This document shows, in pieces, positions 10,179 through 20,861 of a DNA stretch of 64,000 nt. The stretch spans positions 107,028 through 171,027 of IMG/VR virus record IMGVR_UViG_3300023174_000053; one strand, given 5' to 3'. Within the stretch, counting starts at the first letter, position 1. Each line of letters opens with the position of its first letter. Under the pieces are notes generated by a model. It was not told where the DNA came from. It did no database searches and saw only the letters and a program-made list of their open reading frames with translations. A program made the position numbers and the translations under genes. The DNA is from a virus.

Positions 10179-10993
10179 TATCCTATCATATCCATTGGAG
10201 GTAATTCGTATTCTGTCTTGAGTTCTCTTTCAAGTTCTTCAATTTCTCTAATCGCATCATTTAATATTCTTTCACCATTCATCGTAATTCCACCAGGAAG
10301 TTGAACTCCATTAAACTTAATTAAATTCTGTCCCCATTGTCTTTTGATAATTGCTGTTAAATATCTTTTCAACCACCAATCGTTATATACAGCAGAAAAA
10401 TCTGATGGGTCTACAATTCGAATACAATCAACAATAATATAACTATTTTCATTTACCATTGCCCAGTCTATATCCAAATATAGTCTGTGTTGCTTTTTGT
10501 TAAATCTCAATTGAACATCTGGAGTTATTAATCTACTAATATCTTCCAAATGTGTTTTTACCATTGCATAATTCAATAAATCAAGAGCACCATAATAATA
10601 CAAATCATTCAAAAATATTTGATATTTGATATTAAATAAACCAGATGATATAGTATTTGCATCTGATTTGAATACGTTATTTACTCCAATAATTGTATCT
10701 GGAAGTTGAATAAAATTAGTTGTTTCTTGATAAGATACCGTTGTAATTCCAACAGAAGAATTACCAGTTGAACTTGTAATACCTGTTCTTACTATAGTTT
10801 TTTCATCTGGAAGAAGTTTGTGCTTTAAATATACTCTTGCTGCACCATCATAATGCCTTTCATTAAAAAATTGAATAGCATCATCCACCAAATCGTCAAT
10901 TTGATCGTCATCGACATTGACTTCTAAAACAGGATATCCAAGTTTTCGCAAACAATAATCAATTAATCCCTGACGACTTGATGGTTGAGACAT
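10178..10993 (-). CDS. gp13: neck protein
   Basis: LIDYCLRKLGYPVLEVNVDDDQIDD; WLKRY..A.IKRQWGQNLIKF.GVQLPGG. Confidence 0.95.
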   Translation of the reverse strand: MSQPSSRQGLIDYCLRKLGYPVLEVNVDDDQIDDLVDDAIQFFNERHYDGAARVYLKHKLLPDEKTIVRTGITSSTGNSSVGITTVSYQETTNFIQLPDTIIGVNNVFKSDANTISSGLFNIKYQIFLNDLYYYGALDLLNYAMVKTHLEDISRLITPDVQLRFNKKQHRLYLDIDWAMVNENSYIIVDCIRIVDPSDFSAVYNDWWLKRYLTAIIKRQWGQNLIKFNGVQLPGGITMNGERILNDAIREIEELERELKTEYELPPMDMIG

Positions 10994-11020
10994 TATTTAA
11001 TTGAAAACTCTAATTATTTA

Positions 11021-11248
11021 TCAGTATGTACCGCCATCAATAAATGGATATGGGTTCCATTCTTCTGTTGCTGAATTGTAAACAAGCACTGAATTATTTG
11101 GAATTCCAGCAGAAGCATTAATGTCATCTAAATCAGAAAGTTTCATTTTTAAATTTGCAACAGCAGAAACTACCCTGTTTGCGTTATCAGCACCAAGTCT
11201 TACTTTTATTAAATTGTCTGAATTAGTTCTTACTCTAATGTCTGACAT
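11021..11248 (-). CDS. small virion-associated hypothetical protein
   Basis: LSDLDDI..VLVYNS..W..IDGGTY, a fibre-type terminal motif; lies in the late operon. Confidence 0.7.
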   Translation of the reverse strand: MSDIRVRTNSDNLIKVRLGADNANRVVSAVANLKMKLSDLDDINASAGIPNNSVLVYNSATEEWNPYPFIDGGTY

Positions 11249-11253
11249 TGTTT

Positions 11254-11592
11254 TTATGCAGTGGTAATTCCAGCAGTAACTAAGGCACTTCCTTCAACAA
11301 CTCTTGTCTTTGCTGTTCCACTATTCAATAATATATCATAACAATATCTTCCTGGTCTTAAAGATGATGTGATAGTTGAACCTAAAGAAATTTTAACTCT
11401 TCCGTCAGGTCTATTGGGAAAAGAAACTGTAAAAGCAGCAGAAGTGTTTAATGATGCTGGTGATTTTTTTAATTTTGCATATCCAGTATATCCAGTCAAA
11501 TTCAGTGGAGTGTTTGCTGTTGATTCGAGAAAAAATGTCTGATTAAAATCAGCACCTCCTGGAATTGTTATATTAGCTACATATATTGCCAT
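11254..11592 (-). CDS. putative baseplate/virion structural protein
   Basis: GADF..F....LTGY..A.L.K...GRY.YD.L....TRVVEG pattern typical of T4-like cyanophage structural ORFs. Confidence 0.7.
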   Translation of the reverse strand: MAIYVANITIPGGADFNQTFFLESTANTPLNLTGYTGYAKLKKSPASLNTSAAFTVSFPNRPDGRVKISLGSTITSSLRPGRYCYDILLNSGTAKTRVVEGSALVTAGITTA

Positions 11593-11625
11593 TATGATAA
11601 CTAGATAAAATCTTTCCTAATATAT

Positions 11626-11826
11626 TTAGGATTTGTTTTCTAATAGTTTTGCGAGTAATAATTTTATCTCAGTCAATTCAGTTTTTAAATTTTCAATCTC
11701 ACCTTTTTCATTCAATGTAGAGTTTTTAGCTCTCAAATATTCTTGATATTCATAATCATTACAATTTACGATTGCATTTGATTTTTCATCACGATATAAT
11801 CCTTTATGCCCTTCTACTGGTATCAT
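11626..11826 (-). CDS. small coiled-coil hypothetical protein
   Basis: VEGHKGLYRD..S.AIVN plus C-terminal heptads; overlaps the stop of the upstream giant ORF. Confidence 0.75.
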   Translation of the reverse strand: MIPVEGHKGLYRDEKSNAIVNCNDYEYQEYLRAKNSTLNEKGEIENLKTELTEIKLLLAKLLENKS

Positions 11827-14800
11827 ATTGATGCAATTGCTCTTAGGTCTCTAATAAGTGGAACATATGATTGATTTGTTCCAGTCATAATAATTTTAAT
11901 TTGGAATCCATTGAATGGAGTTATATTTTTACCAGTAAATTCATAATTACCAAAATCATTTAAAGTATTTGATGCTTGGACAAATCTATCAGACCTTCCA
12001 TTATTTTTTGAAGAACTGATTACATTTCCATTCTCATCAAGATTATCATACCCTGGGAAAAATTCATATAACTGTTGTGAATCTGGGGTATCATTTCTAA
12101 GCAATCTATACATAACTCTAATATCATTTGATGAGTGTCTATACGCATCAAAGAGAACTTTTAAACTATCTGCTGATTTTTGTAGTTTTACAAGTTTTGA
12201 AACATAAATTGCTGCGTTTGGATCACCACTTAATTGATTAACTCTTGGTTCTAAAACAAAATCAGAAACAGGATTATTAATTCTATTCATTGTTGTGATA
12301 ATATTTACTCTATGTAAATCAATCATTGGGGATACTTTTCTATCACCTGTTGATAGTAGAAGTTCCATAGTAAATGATCTATTTCCTGGTAAAGTAGTTA
12401 AATTTGAAAGTTCATTTACTTTGGAATAAATTGCAGAGGTTTCACTTAGTTGATTGGTAGAATTTAAAGATATATCCTCAAATCCTCTATTTGCAAATGA
12501 GATTTCATTTCCATTCACACTTGTTCCAGTTGTTGTTCTAATTTTTGCTCCAATTGATGTTGTTTCTGGTAATAATGTTTGTATGTTTGGTCTAATACTA
12601 TTAAATGTAATATTTTGTGTTGCTTTTGGTCCATTAAAAGATCCAACAGTTGGTGTTGATGAATATGTACCACCAGACTTAGTTTGTTTGAAGAACAGTT
12701 CTGTCCCAGAACTTCTAACAAGACCTGATTTTGATTGATCTATCTTTATGTGGTAAGAATCAAGTTCAATTGGATATTTTACCAAATCAACATCTGTAAA
12801 TTTATGAGTTTTATTAATTCTTCTAAGTGAAACTCCATTAAACTCATATTTAAATACAGACGCATTTGCTAAATGTATTGTTGGAACTGTATTATCAATT
12901 CCTCTTGTGATACCAGTTAACGTATTTCCATTAGTTCCTGTGTATGCAATAATTTCATTATCAATAATAACATATCCAATATTACTATTTGAACCAGGAA
13001 CAGCAAGATTTTCAAAGGTTGCTAAAGTACCAATAGAATTTAGTGTAATATCACTAGTAGAAGTAGAAGAATAGTCAGCAGTTAGTTTTACAGGAGCAAT
13101 ATCAGATTCAATGCCACTTAACGTAACTTGATTAATTGGAGAATACATTCCGTGATTTTGATGATTGACTTTGAAGTGCAATCCATCAGTAATATTATTG
13201 GTACTAGTTACTGTTGCTCCTGATATTTCTGTTCCATTATTGGTGATTGTATAACCAGATGTTGTATTTACTTTTCCTTGAATATTATCAACAATAATAG
13301 AATTAACTGCTGAAATAATTCCAACATTATTTGGAATAGTTAAAATAAGATTTTTTCCAAGATTACTTGTATCTGTAGAACTTACAGTTAATGTGTCTCC
13401 AGCAGCATATCCAGTTCCACCATCAGTGATAGTCGCAGCAACTGCTACACCAGAGGAAACTGAAAGATTTACCTTTGCATTTTTCCCAAATCCTGTTAAT
13501 GTTATTAAATTTATATTTGAATATGTCGTTAGAGCACTTGTAAATCCAGAACCAACATTTGTTAATGTTAATGTTGAACCAATTCCAACTGCACCAACCT
13601 TAGATACAAGATTTGAAATAAAATTAGTATTAGAGGTTTGACTAATTGTATTTCCAACGGATAATAAATTCTGATTTGCAACAGATAAACTATTTCCCAA
13701 ACCAATTAATGCTGAGTTTGAATAAGCATTTAGTGGATTTTTTCTCAATGTTACAATTTGATTGTTACCAATATTCAAATCTGGATTATAGAATCTAAAT
13801 GATGCTGGTGAAGTTACAAAGTCTGCTCTATATAAGGTAAACTTCAAATCTTCTAAATCAGATGCAGTCCAAGTTGATCCATTTTGTGATTTAAATAATG
13901 CTCCAAGAGTTGGTTGTTTAGAAACAATAATTTTTTGAGAATCTGGTTTATTTACAGTTGATATATCTGTTTCTCCCATTCTTGAAATCCATACATTATA
14001 TGAATCGGAAGAAGAGAGCAATACAATTGAATAACCAGAACCAACTTTTTCCAAATAAACTGGAGATGGAAAAGTAAATGTAGTTGCGACAGTACCATCT
14101 TCTGATGTTTTAACATCTTTTGGATGTAAGTCCACCTGAGAAAATGGTAAAATTGTTTGCGTTGGAAGACCAGTTTGCATCGTTCTAATTTGAAATCTTA
14201 CTGGAATTCCCTTAGTATCTTTTGTTTTAAAGAAAATGTCACATTTTGTAATATAAACTCCATTAGTATCAGCAACTTCAAATGATTGTGCTAATGGATC
14301 TACCCATCTAGTTGATTCTGATGTTGTTGTTGTGGAAGTATTGGATGAAACTAAATTAGTTTCAGATGAAGTAAATGTTCGTGCATCTGTTTGAGGAATT
14401 CTCTCAACATTTGCGTTTCTGATCCTAAGTGTAGAATTTTCAACATTATCCAAAGTTCCAGCAGAAGTGAAATTGACTTCTGCTGTAGTTTCGTCTGAAG
14501 TAACGACTGTAGTATTTGTTGAACTTGATGTTAAAACAAAAGTTTTTGTTCCAGTTCTAAACGATGGAGTTGATGGAATTGTTGGATCAGGAATAAACAA
14601 TGAACCAATATAAACTCCAGATTCATCTGCAACCAATCTCATATCAGAGATGATTGCAATTGCTCCACTTGTTTGCCCAACTAATTGCATACTTTTTGTA
14701 ATACTACCATAAAAACCAGATGAGACTTGCATTTCTAAACTTGCCGTATCAACATTTAATATTGTAGTTGTTGATGAGTACGAACTAGATAAAGAATTTT

Positions 14801-17800
14801 CTGGTAAATATGGATTTATTGAAAATGTTTCTGTTGGTGAATTATATGGACCATATTTATGATTTTGTGTTGCAAGTCTAAATCTAATACTTTTTGATCC
14901 TAAAGATCCAACTACTGTTTCTCCAGCAGTAAAAGTTCCACTAGACATTGAAACTTCAATTAATTTTGGTATAACATATGAAGTCATATCAACATTATCA
15001 AAAAATGCATAAACTCTTGAGGATGGTTTCAATGCCTTAGAAATAATTTCAATATTTCTAGATCTCATTGTTGTTATAATTTCTCTAGAAACAATTTTAT
15101 CTCCAAGATTTTTTGAATCAAATCTTTCTTTAACACCAAATTGAATTCCTTGCCTGGATTGTTTTGTTGCTGTAGTGACTGTTTGATTTTTAAATTCTAT
15201 AAAATCACTTACAGTTGTTGTTGTATCAGTTACCTGTCTTCTGCCTCCACCTGGATCAAAAGTTGTTGTGGAACTTGTACTTCCAGTTTGTAATCTACCC
15301 AAAGATGGACCATTAAAGGTGTTGGTTCCAGTCCAAGTAGTTTCCCAAGCATTCCAATCAATTGGAGAAAGACCAGTATTGCTATCTACACCAAGTTGTT
15401 GTATTGTTGTATTATAATTACCTTCAATGTCATCAATTCTTTCGGATCTTCTTGTTTCATTCCAAGTATCACTTGATGGATTTAATTGAATTGAACCAAT
15501 CCAGTTAATTACATTAAATGGATTTACATTTTCACTTCTTGTAGCAAATTGATTTTTTACATATTCAACCTCAGAATAATTTAAACAAACAACATCTCCA
15601 ATTCTTTTTATATTTGGTGAACCCAAATCACTAACAAAACGCAAATCAGCATCTGGATTTGATGTTTGTCCAATTCCAATAACTGCTTCAGATCCTAAAA
15701 GTAAATCTATAGAAGTTGTATAATGGGTTGGTTTCAATATCCCATTAGCAGTATCGATACTTGCTTTATAGTCCCTATTTGTTATTTCTCCACCATTATA
15801 GGATCTAAAATTATCAACAAAGAAACCACATTTAAATCTATCTAATTTTGTTGTGGTGTCTCTTATTGTTAAATTTTGAGTATCTGTTTCCAGTAAAGAT
15901 AGTGACGTATAATATTCAACATTTGAAAGTCTATCTTCCAATCTGGAGATATCTTTCATTGTATATCGTTTGTGTTGCACTAAAGATGTTGATGCATCTT
16001 CTGAATTATTTAAATAAGCAGGTAAACGAATTGTTGCTATTTCTAAACAAGAATCTAAACCATTTGGAAGTTTTGGTTGGAGTGATGGAACCCCCTTGTT
16101 TACAATAAATGAACCTTCTTTTGTTAAGAATAATTTATCAATTCTTGGTAAATAATAATCATAAGATAAATTTATTGCTTTATTTTGTGCAAAGATATTT
16201 TGTGTAGAATTTTGTCCAGTAAATAATCTTGATTCATACTCAAATGGTGATTTTGTACCAGAATATGGAGAAACTCTTGGTCTTAAATCAATAACATCAC
16301 TCAGAGATATTCCGTCAACTGATGATATATCATCTCCATATCTATCTTTATCATAAGAATTTACTCCAACAAAATCACCAGCATCAGATGAATCAATTGT
16401 ATAATTATTGTAAATAATTGTAATCTGTTTTGTTGGTGCAGCAACCTGTGGTTTTCTGATAAGTCTTGAAAAATCAAGGTATTCTGATCTTTGCCCTTCA
16501 TCTAAAATAAAGTTAGTTCTAATATTTTTATCACCAACTTGAATTGAGTCAACAGTTCCAGAAATTTGAGATTCTTCAAACGTAACTTTTTCACCAACAG
16601 AAAAAATATTTTCATTTAGATAAACAAATTTCACTTCATTTGTTCCATCATTTGATACTAAACTTGCAACTGCTCCAGTATCTTTACCAACTATTCTCTC
16701 TCCTTTAATTGAATTTAAAATATTTGAATTCAATCCAATTATTGTGATTGCTGGCAATATTGGAGTCGTTGAAGAAGATGACTCAAAAACCCCAATAACT
16801 GATTCTACGTCTGGAACATTTAATGAAATCTCATCATCTTCAACTCTTAAACCATAAACAGTACTAGTAGTTAATCCATTTATAGACGTAGAAATACCAG
16901 AAGAAGTTTTGTTGATTGTTAGACTAGAGCATCTATTATATGACTTTTTACGAGTTTTTGTGTTTATTTTTTTAAGAGTAGCAGTCAATATTGCTGCACC
17001 ATTGCCAGTAATATTTTGAATTGATATAGTTCTTCCACTTGGAACTAATTTTTGATTGTCTAATGCTACTACAGTTCCATCATTATAGGCCAAATTATAA
17101 TCTTCTTCATCAAACGGTTCAAATGTTAATGAAGTGTCTGTTTCTAATGTATTACTATATGCGTTGTTTGCTATAGTAATATTATAAGATTTTTTGAATA
17201 CTACATCAGAACCAGTTAAATCTAAATTTGAAACTTTTGAGTTATTTAAACGTGCGTATAAAAATGCATTTTTTGTATTTAAAACATTTAAAGATACTAC
17301 TTTGAAGTCATTTACAGTAATTGTTGAACTTGGAAGAGCACCAGAACAAACACCAGAAACAGAAGTCGTTGCTACAATAGTTAAAGACTTTGAAGATCCA
17401 CTAACAACAGAAACTTTGTTATAAGTAGGTACACTTTCTCCTTGCTTTGTATATGATACAATATCACCTACATTAATTCCAACGTAAAAGTTTTGATTGG
17501 AAGTTGTTACTGTGGAAATTCCACTACCACCAGATGTGATGGTAAATTGAGTTCCTGGTTCCGCAACAGATAATGTTTTTGATAAAATTGGATCAGCAGT
17601 AAAAGTTCCTACACCAGATACAGATTCATTTGCAACTATTTGATGAACATCGGATAAGGAATAATCTTTTGCAGATGCAATTGTGCGAGAAACATCTAAA
17701 CCGTTAATTTTGATCTGCTCGTTTGTTATAAATGAACCAGAAACTTGATATAAGGTTAAAGTAGTAGATGCCGATGCATTACTAATCAAATAACCTTTAG

Positions 17801-19268
17801 CACCACTATTTTTTCCTTCAATGTATGCTGGAGCAGTTTGTGTTAAAGCAGTATTGATCGTTAATACTGTATATGTTTGAATATCATAGAGAGAACTTTC
17901 AAATTGAGTTGAAGCATTTGAATATGCTGCATTTTTTAATTTTAAATCATAAAGTCTAGCAACTCCAATCTTTGTTCCAGAAGAAACCCCAACAGTTGAT
18001 GTTCTATCACTATAAAGACTCACTTGTGTTGTTAAACCAACACCAATAGAACTACGAACATTATTTAATAATATTTGTCTTCCAACATTAAATGGAATTG
18101 ATGCATTCTCTGCTCGTTCTGTTGTTCTTGGTTTTTCTATATCTACAATAGTATTACTAATCGTTTCAATCTCATATCCACGAACATAAGCTTTTCCTGG
18201 ACTTATTGAAATACAAGCAAGATCTTTTGATGGAGTATTTCCTTGTTTAGTTTTTTGATTGGAATAATAAACTCCATTATTTCCAATTCTATCATTTAAT
18301 GATTCTTTTACTTGAATATCAAAAGGTCTTACATAATAATCACCAGATTCATCATAAGTTCTTCTTGCTAACTCATCTTTAATTAAATTATAATCAGTCT
18401 TATCTACAAATTTAGTCAATCCACCATTTTCTACTCGCAGCAATTCTACAAAATCCTGATCATTGAAGTCATCAATTTCTTTTTTGATTAAAGTTGTAGA
18501 GATTTTTAATCTATCAGCACCTGGAGCAGCATAATTTGAAAATCCTTGAGCATTATCAAATAAATCATTATAATTATTTGTTGCTACAGCAATTTCCTCA
18601 TCGATCAAAAGACCAACACGATATGTTGGAGTGTTTGCGTATTGGTCTAAAATTGCTACTTGTTTTGGAACAGTAATGAAAAATCCACGAACAAAATACA
18701 CACCTTCTTCAATTTTTGCTGCTGATCCTTTACCAACAGAACCAGAAATAATTGAAGTTGCAAAAGATGTGTTTGTTCTAATTGAAGATAATGTATAATC
18801 AACATTTTCTAATGAAATTAAATTTTCACCATCAACAAAAGTTTTACTTGTGAAATTTGTATCACTAGAACTCTTATATTTTACATATAATGTATAGTTA
18901 TTTTTTTCTGATTGTGTATTTGTAATATAATTTTCTACTACCGCAGTAACCCCACTTGTTTCCCCTTTTATACTTTTACCTACAAACTTATCAATATATG
19001 CTGATACGGGAATTCCCAAATGTGTATCATCAATTTGTACATAACTATATTCCGAATCATATCCAATTTGACCTGGAATGACCATAGAACCTTCTTTGAA
19101 GAAGTGTTTCCCAAACTTTTCAACTTGATTTTGTAAAATTGATTGAAGAGTTGTTAATTCCCTTGCTTGAATTGGAGTTCCTGGTTTAAATAAAACTCTT
19201 TGATAACTTTTTTTGTCATCAAAGTCATCAAAGTATGGAGATACGTTTAGGTTAGTATTCTGTGGCAT
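11823..19268 (-). CDS. large virion structural protein (VrlC/DUF4815-like)
   Basis: LNVSPYFDDF, VLFKPG.PIQARELTTLQSILQNQ, APGADRLKI, LARRTYDESGDY, DPLAQSF, LFKSQNG; follows gp8. Confidence 0.88.
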   Translation of the reverse strand: MPQNTNLNVSPYFDDFDDKKSYQRVLFKPGTPIQARELTTLQSILQNQVEKFGKHFFKEGSMVIPGQIGYDSEYSYVQIDDTHLGIPVSAYIDKFVGKSIKGETSGVTAVVENYITNTQSEKNNYTLYVKYKSSSDTNFTSKTFVDGENLISLENVDYTLSSIRTNTSFATSIISGSVGKGSAAKIEEGVYFVRGFFITVPKQVAILDQYANTPTYRVGLLIDEEIAVATNNYNDLFDNAQGFSNYAAPGADRLKISTTLIKKEIDDFNDQDFVELLRVENGGLTKFVDKTDYNLIKDELARRTYDESGDYYVRPFDIQVKESLNDRIGNNGVYYSNQKTKQGNTPSKDLACISISPGKAYVRGYEIETISNTIVDIEKPRTTERAENASIPFNVGRQILLNNVRSSIGVGLTTQVSLYSDRTSTVGVSSGTKIGVARLYDLKLKNAAYSNASTQFESSLYDIQTYTVLTINTALTQTAPAYIEGKNSGAKGYLISNASASTTLTLYQVSGSFITNEQIKINGLDVSRTIASAKDYSLSDVHQIVANESVSGVGTFTADPILSKTLSVAEPGTQFTITSGGSGISTVTTSNQNFYVGINVGDIVSYTKQGESVPTYNKVSVVSGSSKSLTIVATTSVSGVCSGALPSSTITVNDFKVVSLNVLNTKNAFLYARLNNSKVSNLDLTGSDVVFKKSYNITIANNAYSNTLETDTSLTFEPFDEEDYNLAYNDGTVVALDNQKLVPSGRTISIQNITGNGAAILTATLKKINTKTRKKSYNRCSSLTINKTSSGISTSINGLTTSTVYGLRVEDDEISLNVPDVESVIGVFESSSSTTPILPAITIIGLNSNILNSIKGERIVGKDTGAVASLVSNDGTNEVKFVYLNENIFSVGEKVTFEESQISGTVDSIQVGDKNIRTNFILDEGQRSEYLDFSRLIRKPQVAAPTKQITIIYNNYTIDSSDAGDFVGVNSYDKDRYGDDISSVDGISLSDVIDLRPRVSPYSGTKSPFEYESRLFTGQNSTQNIFAQNKAINLSYDYYLPRIDKLFLTKEGSFIVNKGVPSLQPKLPNGLDSCLEIATIRLPAYLNNSEDASTSLVQHKRYTMKDISRLEDRLSNVEYYTSLSLLETDTQNLTIRDTTTKLDRFKCGFFVDNFRSYNGGEITNRDYKASIDTANGILKPTHYTTSIDLLLGSEAVIGIGQTSNPDADLRFVSDLGSPNIKRIGDVVCLNYSEVEYVKNQFATRSENVNPFNVINWIGSIQLNPSSDTWNETRRSERIDDIEGNYNTTIQQLGVDSNTGLSPIDWNAWETTWTGTNTFNGPSLGRLQTGSTSSTTTFDPGGGRRQVTDTTTTVSDFIEFKNQTVTTATKQSRQGIQFGVKERFDSKNLGDKIVSREIITTMRSRNIEIISKALKPSSRVYAFFDNVDMTSYVIPKLIEVSMSSGTFTAGETVVGSLGSKSIRFRLATQNHKYGPYNSPTETFSINPYLPENSLSSSYSSTTTILNVDTASLEMQVSSGFYGSITKSMQLVGQTSGAIAIISDMRLVADESGVYIGSLFIPDPTIPSTPSFRTGTKTFVLTSSSTNTTVVTSDETTAEVNFTSAGTLDNVENSTLRIRNANVERIPQTDARTFTSSETNLVSSNTSTTTTSESTRWVDPLAQSFEVADTNGVYITKCDIFFKTKDTKGIPVRFQIRTMQTGLPTQTILPFSQVDLHPKDVKTSEDGTVATTFTFPSPVYLEKVGSGYSIVLLSSSDSYNVWISRMGETDISTVNKPDSQKIIVSKQPTLGALFKSQNGSTWTASDLEDLKFTLYRADFVTSPASFRFYNPDLNIGNNQIVTLRKNPLNAYSNSALIGLGNSLSVANQNLLSVGNTISQTSNTNFISNLVSKVGAVGIGSTLTLTNVGSGFTSALTTYSNINLITLTGFGKNAKVNLSVSSGVAVAATITDGGTGYAAGDTLTVSSTDTSNLGKNLILTIPNNVGIISAVNSIIVDNIQGKVNTTSGYTITNNGTEISGATVTSTNNITDGLHFKVNHQNHGMYSPINQVTLSGIESDIAPVKLTADYSSTSTSDITLNSIGTLATFENLAVPGSNSNIGYVIIDNEIIAYTGTNGNTLTGITRGIDNTVPTIHLANASVFKYEFNGVSLRRINKTHKFTDVDLVKYPIELDSYHIKIDQSKSGLVRSSGTELFFKQTKSGGTYSSTPTVGSFNGPKATQNITFNSIRPNIQTLLPETTSIGAKIRTTTGTSVNGNEISFANRGFEDISLNSTNQLSETSAIYSKVNELSNLTTLPGNRSFTMELLLSTGDRKVSPMIDLHRVNIITTMNRINNPVSDFVLEPRVNQLSGDPNAAIYVSKLVKLQKSADSLKVLFDAYRHSSNDIRVMYRLLRNDTPDSQQLYEFFPGYDNLDENGNVISSSKNNGRSDRFVQASNTLNDFGNYEFTGKNITPFNGFQIKIIMTGTNQSYVPLIRDLRAIASI

Positions 19269-19274
19269 TTTTCT

Positions 19275-20831
19275 TTAGAACTCCAAAACGATTTTAATAT
19301 CTTCTTTTTGACTTGCTGACCTTGGTATTGGTGGTCTGTTGTCAATATAAATGATTTCACCAGACTTTTTGTTGTATTCTGCAGATGCAATACCAGCAAC
19401 AAAGTTGCTTCCCAGTTGATATGTCCTACTATTTATTACAGTACTAATACCAGTAAATGAAGTATCAATACTCAGTGGTGTTCCAGAAGCAGCACCATTT
19501 ATTACTAAAGATGAACCAGTAGAACTAAAGTTATTAATTTTATATCCAACACCAACTGTTGCTAGTCCAACTGGTTGATAATATTTCAAAACACCTGTTA
19601 CATTGTTCCAAGAAGCAACAAATCCAATTGCAGTAGTTCCAGCACTAATTGTTTGAGTTATTTTTGAATCAACTGCATAAGTTGTTAATGTAGTAGCAGC
19701 ACCAGTTAATTTTAATGCTTTCAAAGCACTTACTTCTGCTGTGGCCAATGGTTCAACATCACTTGTTGTTTTTGTTGGATTTTTGATAATTCCAATTCTA
19801 GCAAAATCATTTCCAATAATAGTATCAGGGTTTGTCTCATCAGTATTATAACGAGAATAAACTAAAACTCTATAAGCACCTAGTTCTCTGTAGATATCAT
19901 ACCCATGACCTCCCTTTGGTGGAATAATTACATCAAATTTGGCAATAGTTCCAGTATTTGATAGTGTGTCTGAAATTCCTGGTGCTCCTGGTTCAAATTG
20001 AATAATTCCTTTGGTATATCCAGTTCCACCATCAGTCACATAAGCATCCGAAACTTTTCCAAAAGAATCAACAACAACAGTTGCTTTTCCTCCAGTTCCA
20101 TCACCAAGAATTGGAATATTTGCAAATGTTTTTGAGATTGGGGCATACCCAGAACCTCTATTGGTTATGGTTAAAATTTGAACCTTTCCGTTGATGGCAT
20201 TATTTTTAGTTGAAATACTTTCACCGACTGTTCCCCAATCTTCTGGAACTGGAATGAATTCAATAGAATCAAATTTTACAATTTCGGATGGTTTGATGGT
20301 GTAAAGATATTTCCAAATATAACCATCACCACTCGTTCCTGCAGGTCTTGGTTCTAAATCTACAAAATCTGGTTGATCTACTGATGGTTTTCCTTTTGTA
20401 TTTTCTGGATCTGTTCCATTTTGTAAACAAATATAAACTCTCAAATCTTCATTAATTACATAATAGTTTGCATCATACAATGATGGGGAGTTTGTAATTG
20501 GGGATAAATTGTAAATTGTATAATCATGTCTATACATTTCATAAGTAGTACCACTTCCCCAAGTGTTTTTTCTTACCATTCTTCTTACGTCACTTCCAGT
20601 GACTTTTTTCATAGAAATGATAGTTTCTTTTATTTCATCTTCTTCTTTAAATCCATCCAATGGAGGTAATCCTTCACCCCAAGACGATGATCCATTTGCT
20701 TGAGAATTTAAAGCATTTGGTTGCCCTATAAAAGTATAATAAGTATTGAATGTATTTCCAACACCAACAAGACTTTTTGTAAAAGTCTCAGCATTCATTA
20801 TTCTAAATTGATCTGATATAATTGCAGACAT
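19275..20831 (-). CDS. gp8: baseplate wedge subunit
   Basis: MSAIISDQFRI.NA, W.SG..Y..Y, YVIN....VYICLQNG, DGYIWKYLYTI, SGEIIYIDNR...R...QKEDIKIVLEF. Confidence 0.92.
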   Translation of the reverse strand: MSAIISDQFRIMNAETFTKSLVGVGNTFNTYYTFIGQPNALNSQANGSSSWGEGLPPLDGFKEEDEIKETIISMKKVTGSDVRRMVRKNTWGSGTTYEMYRHDYTIYNLSPITNSPSLYDANYYVINEDLRVYICLQNGTDPENTKGKPSVDQPDFVDLEPRPAGTSGDGYIWKYLYTIKPSEIVKFDSIEFIPVPEDWGTVGESISTKNNAINGKVQILTITNRGSGYAPISKTFANIPILGDGTGGKATVVVDSFGKVSDAYVTDGGTGYTKGIIQFEPGAPGISDTLSNTGTIAKFDVIIPPKGGHGYDIYRELGAYRVLVYSRYNTDETNPDTIIGNDFARIGIIKNPTKTTSDVEPLATAEVSALKALKLTGAATTLTTYAVDSKITQTISAGTTAIGFVASWNNVTGVLKYYQPVGLATVGVGYKINNFSSTGSSLVINGAASGTPLSIDTSFTGISTVINSRTYQLGSNFVAGIASAEYNKKSGEIIYIDNRPPIPRSASQKEDIKIVLEF

Positions 20832-20861
20832 TTTAATCGTATACTTTTTTTCTATTTATTA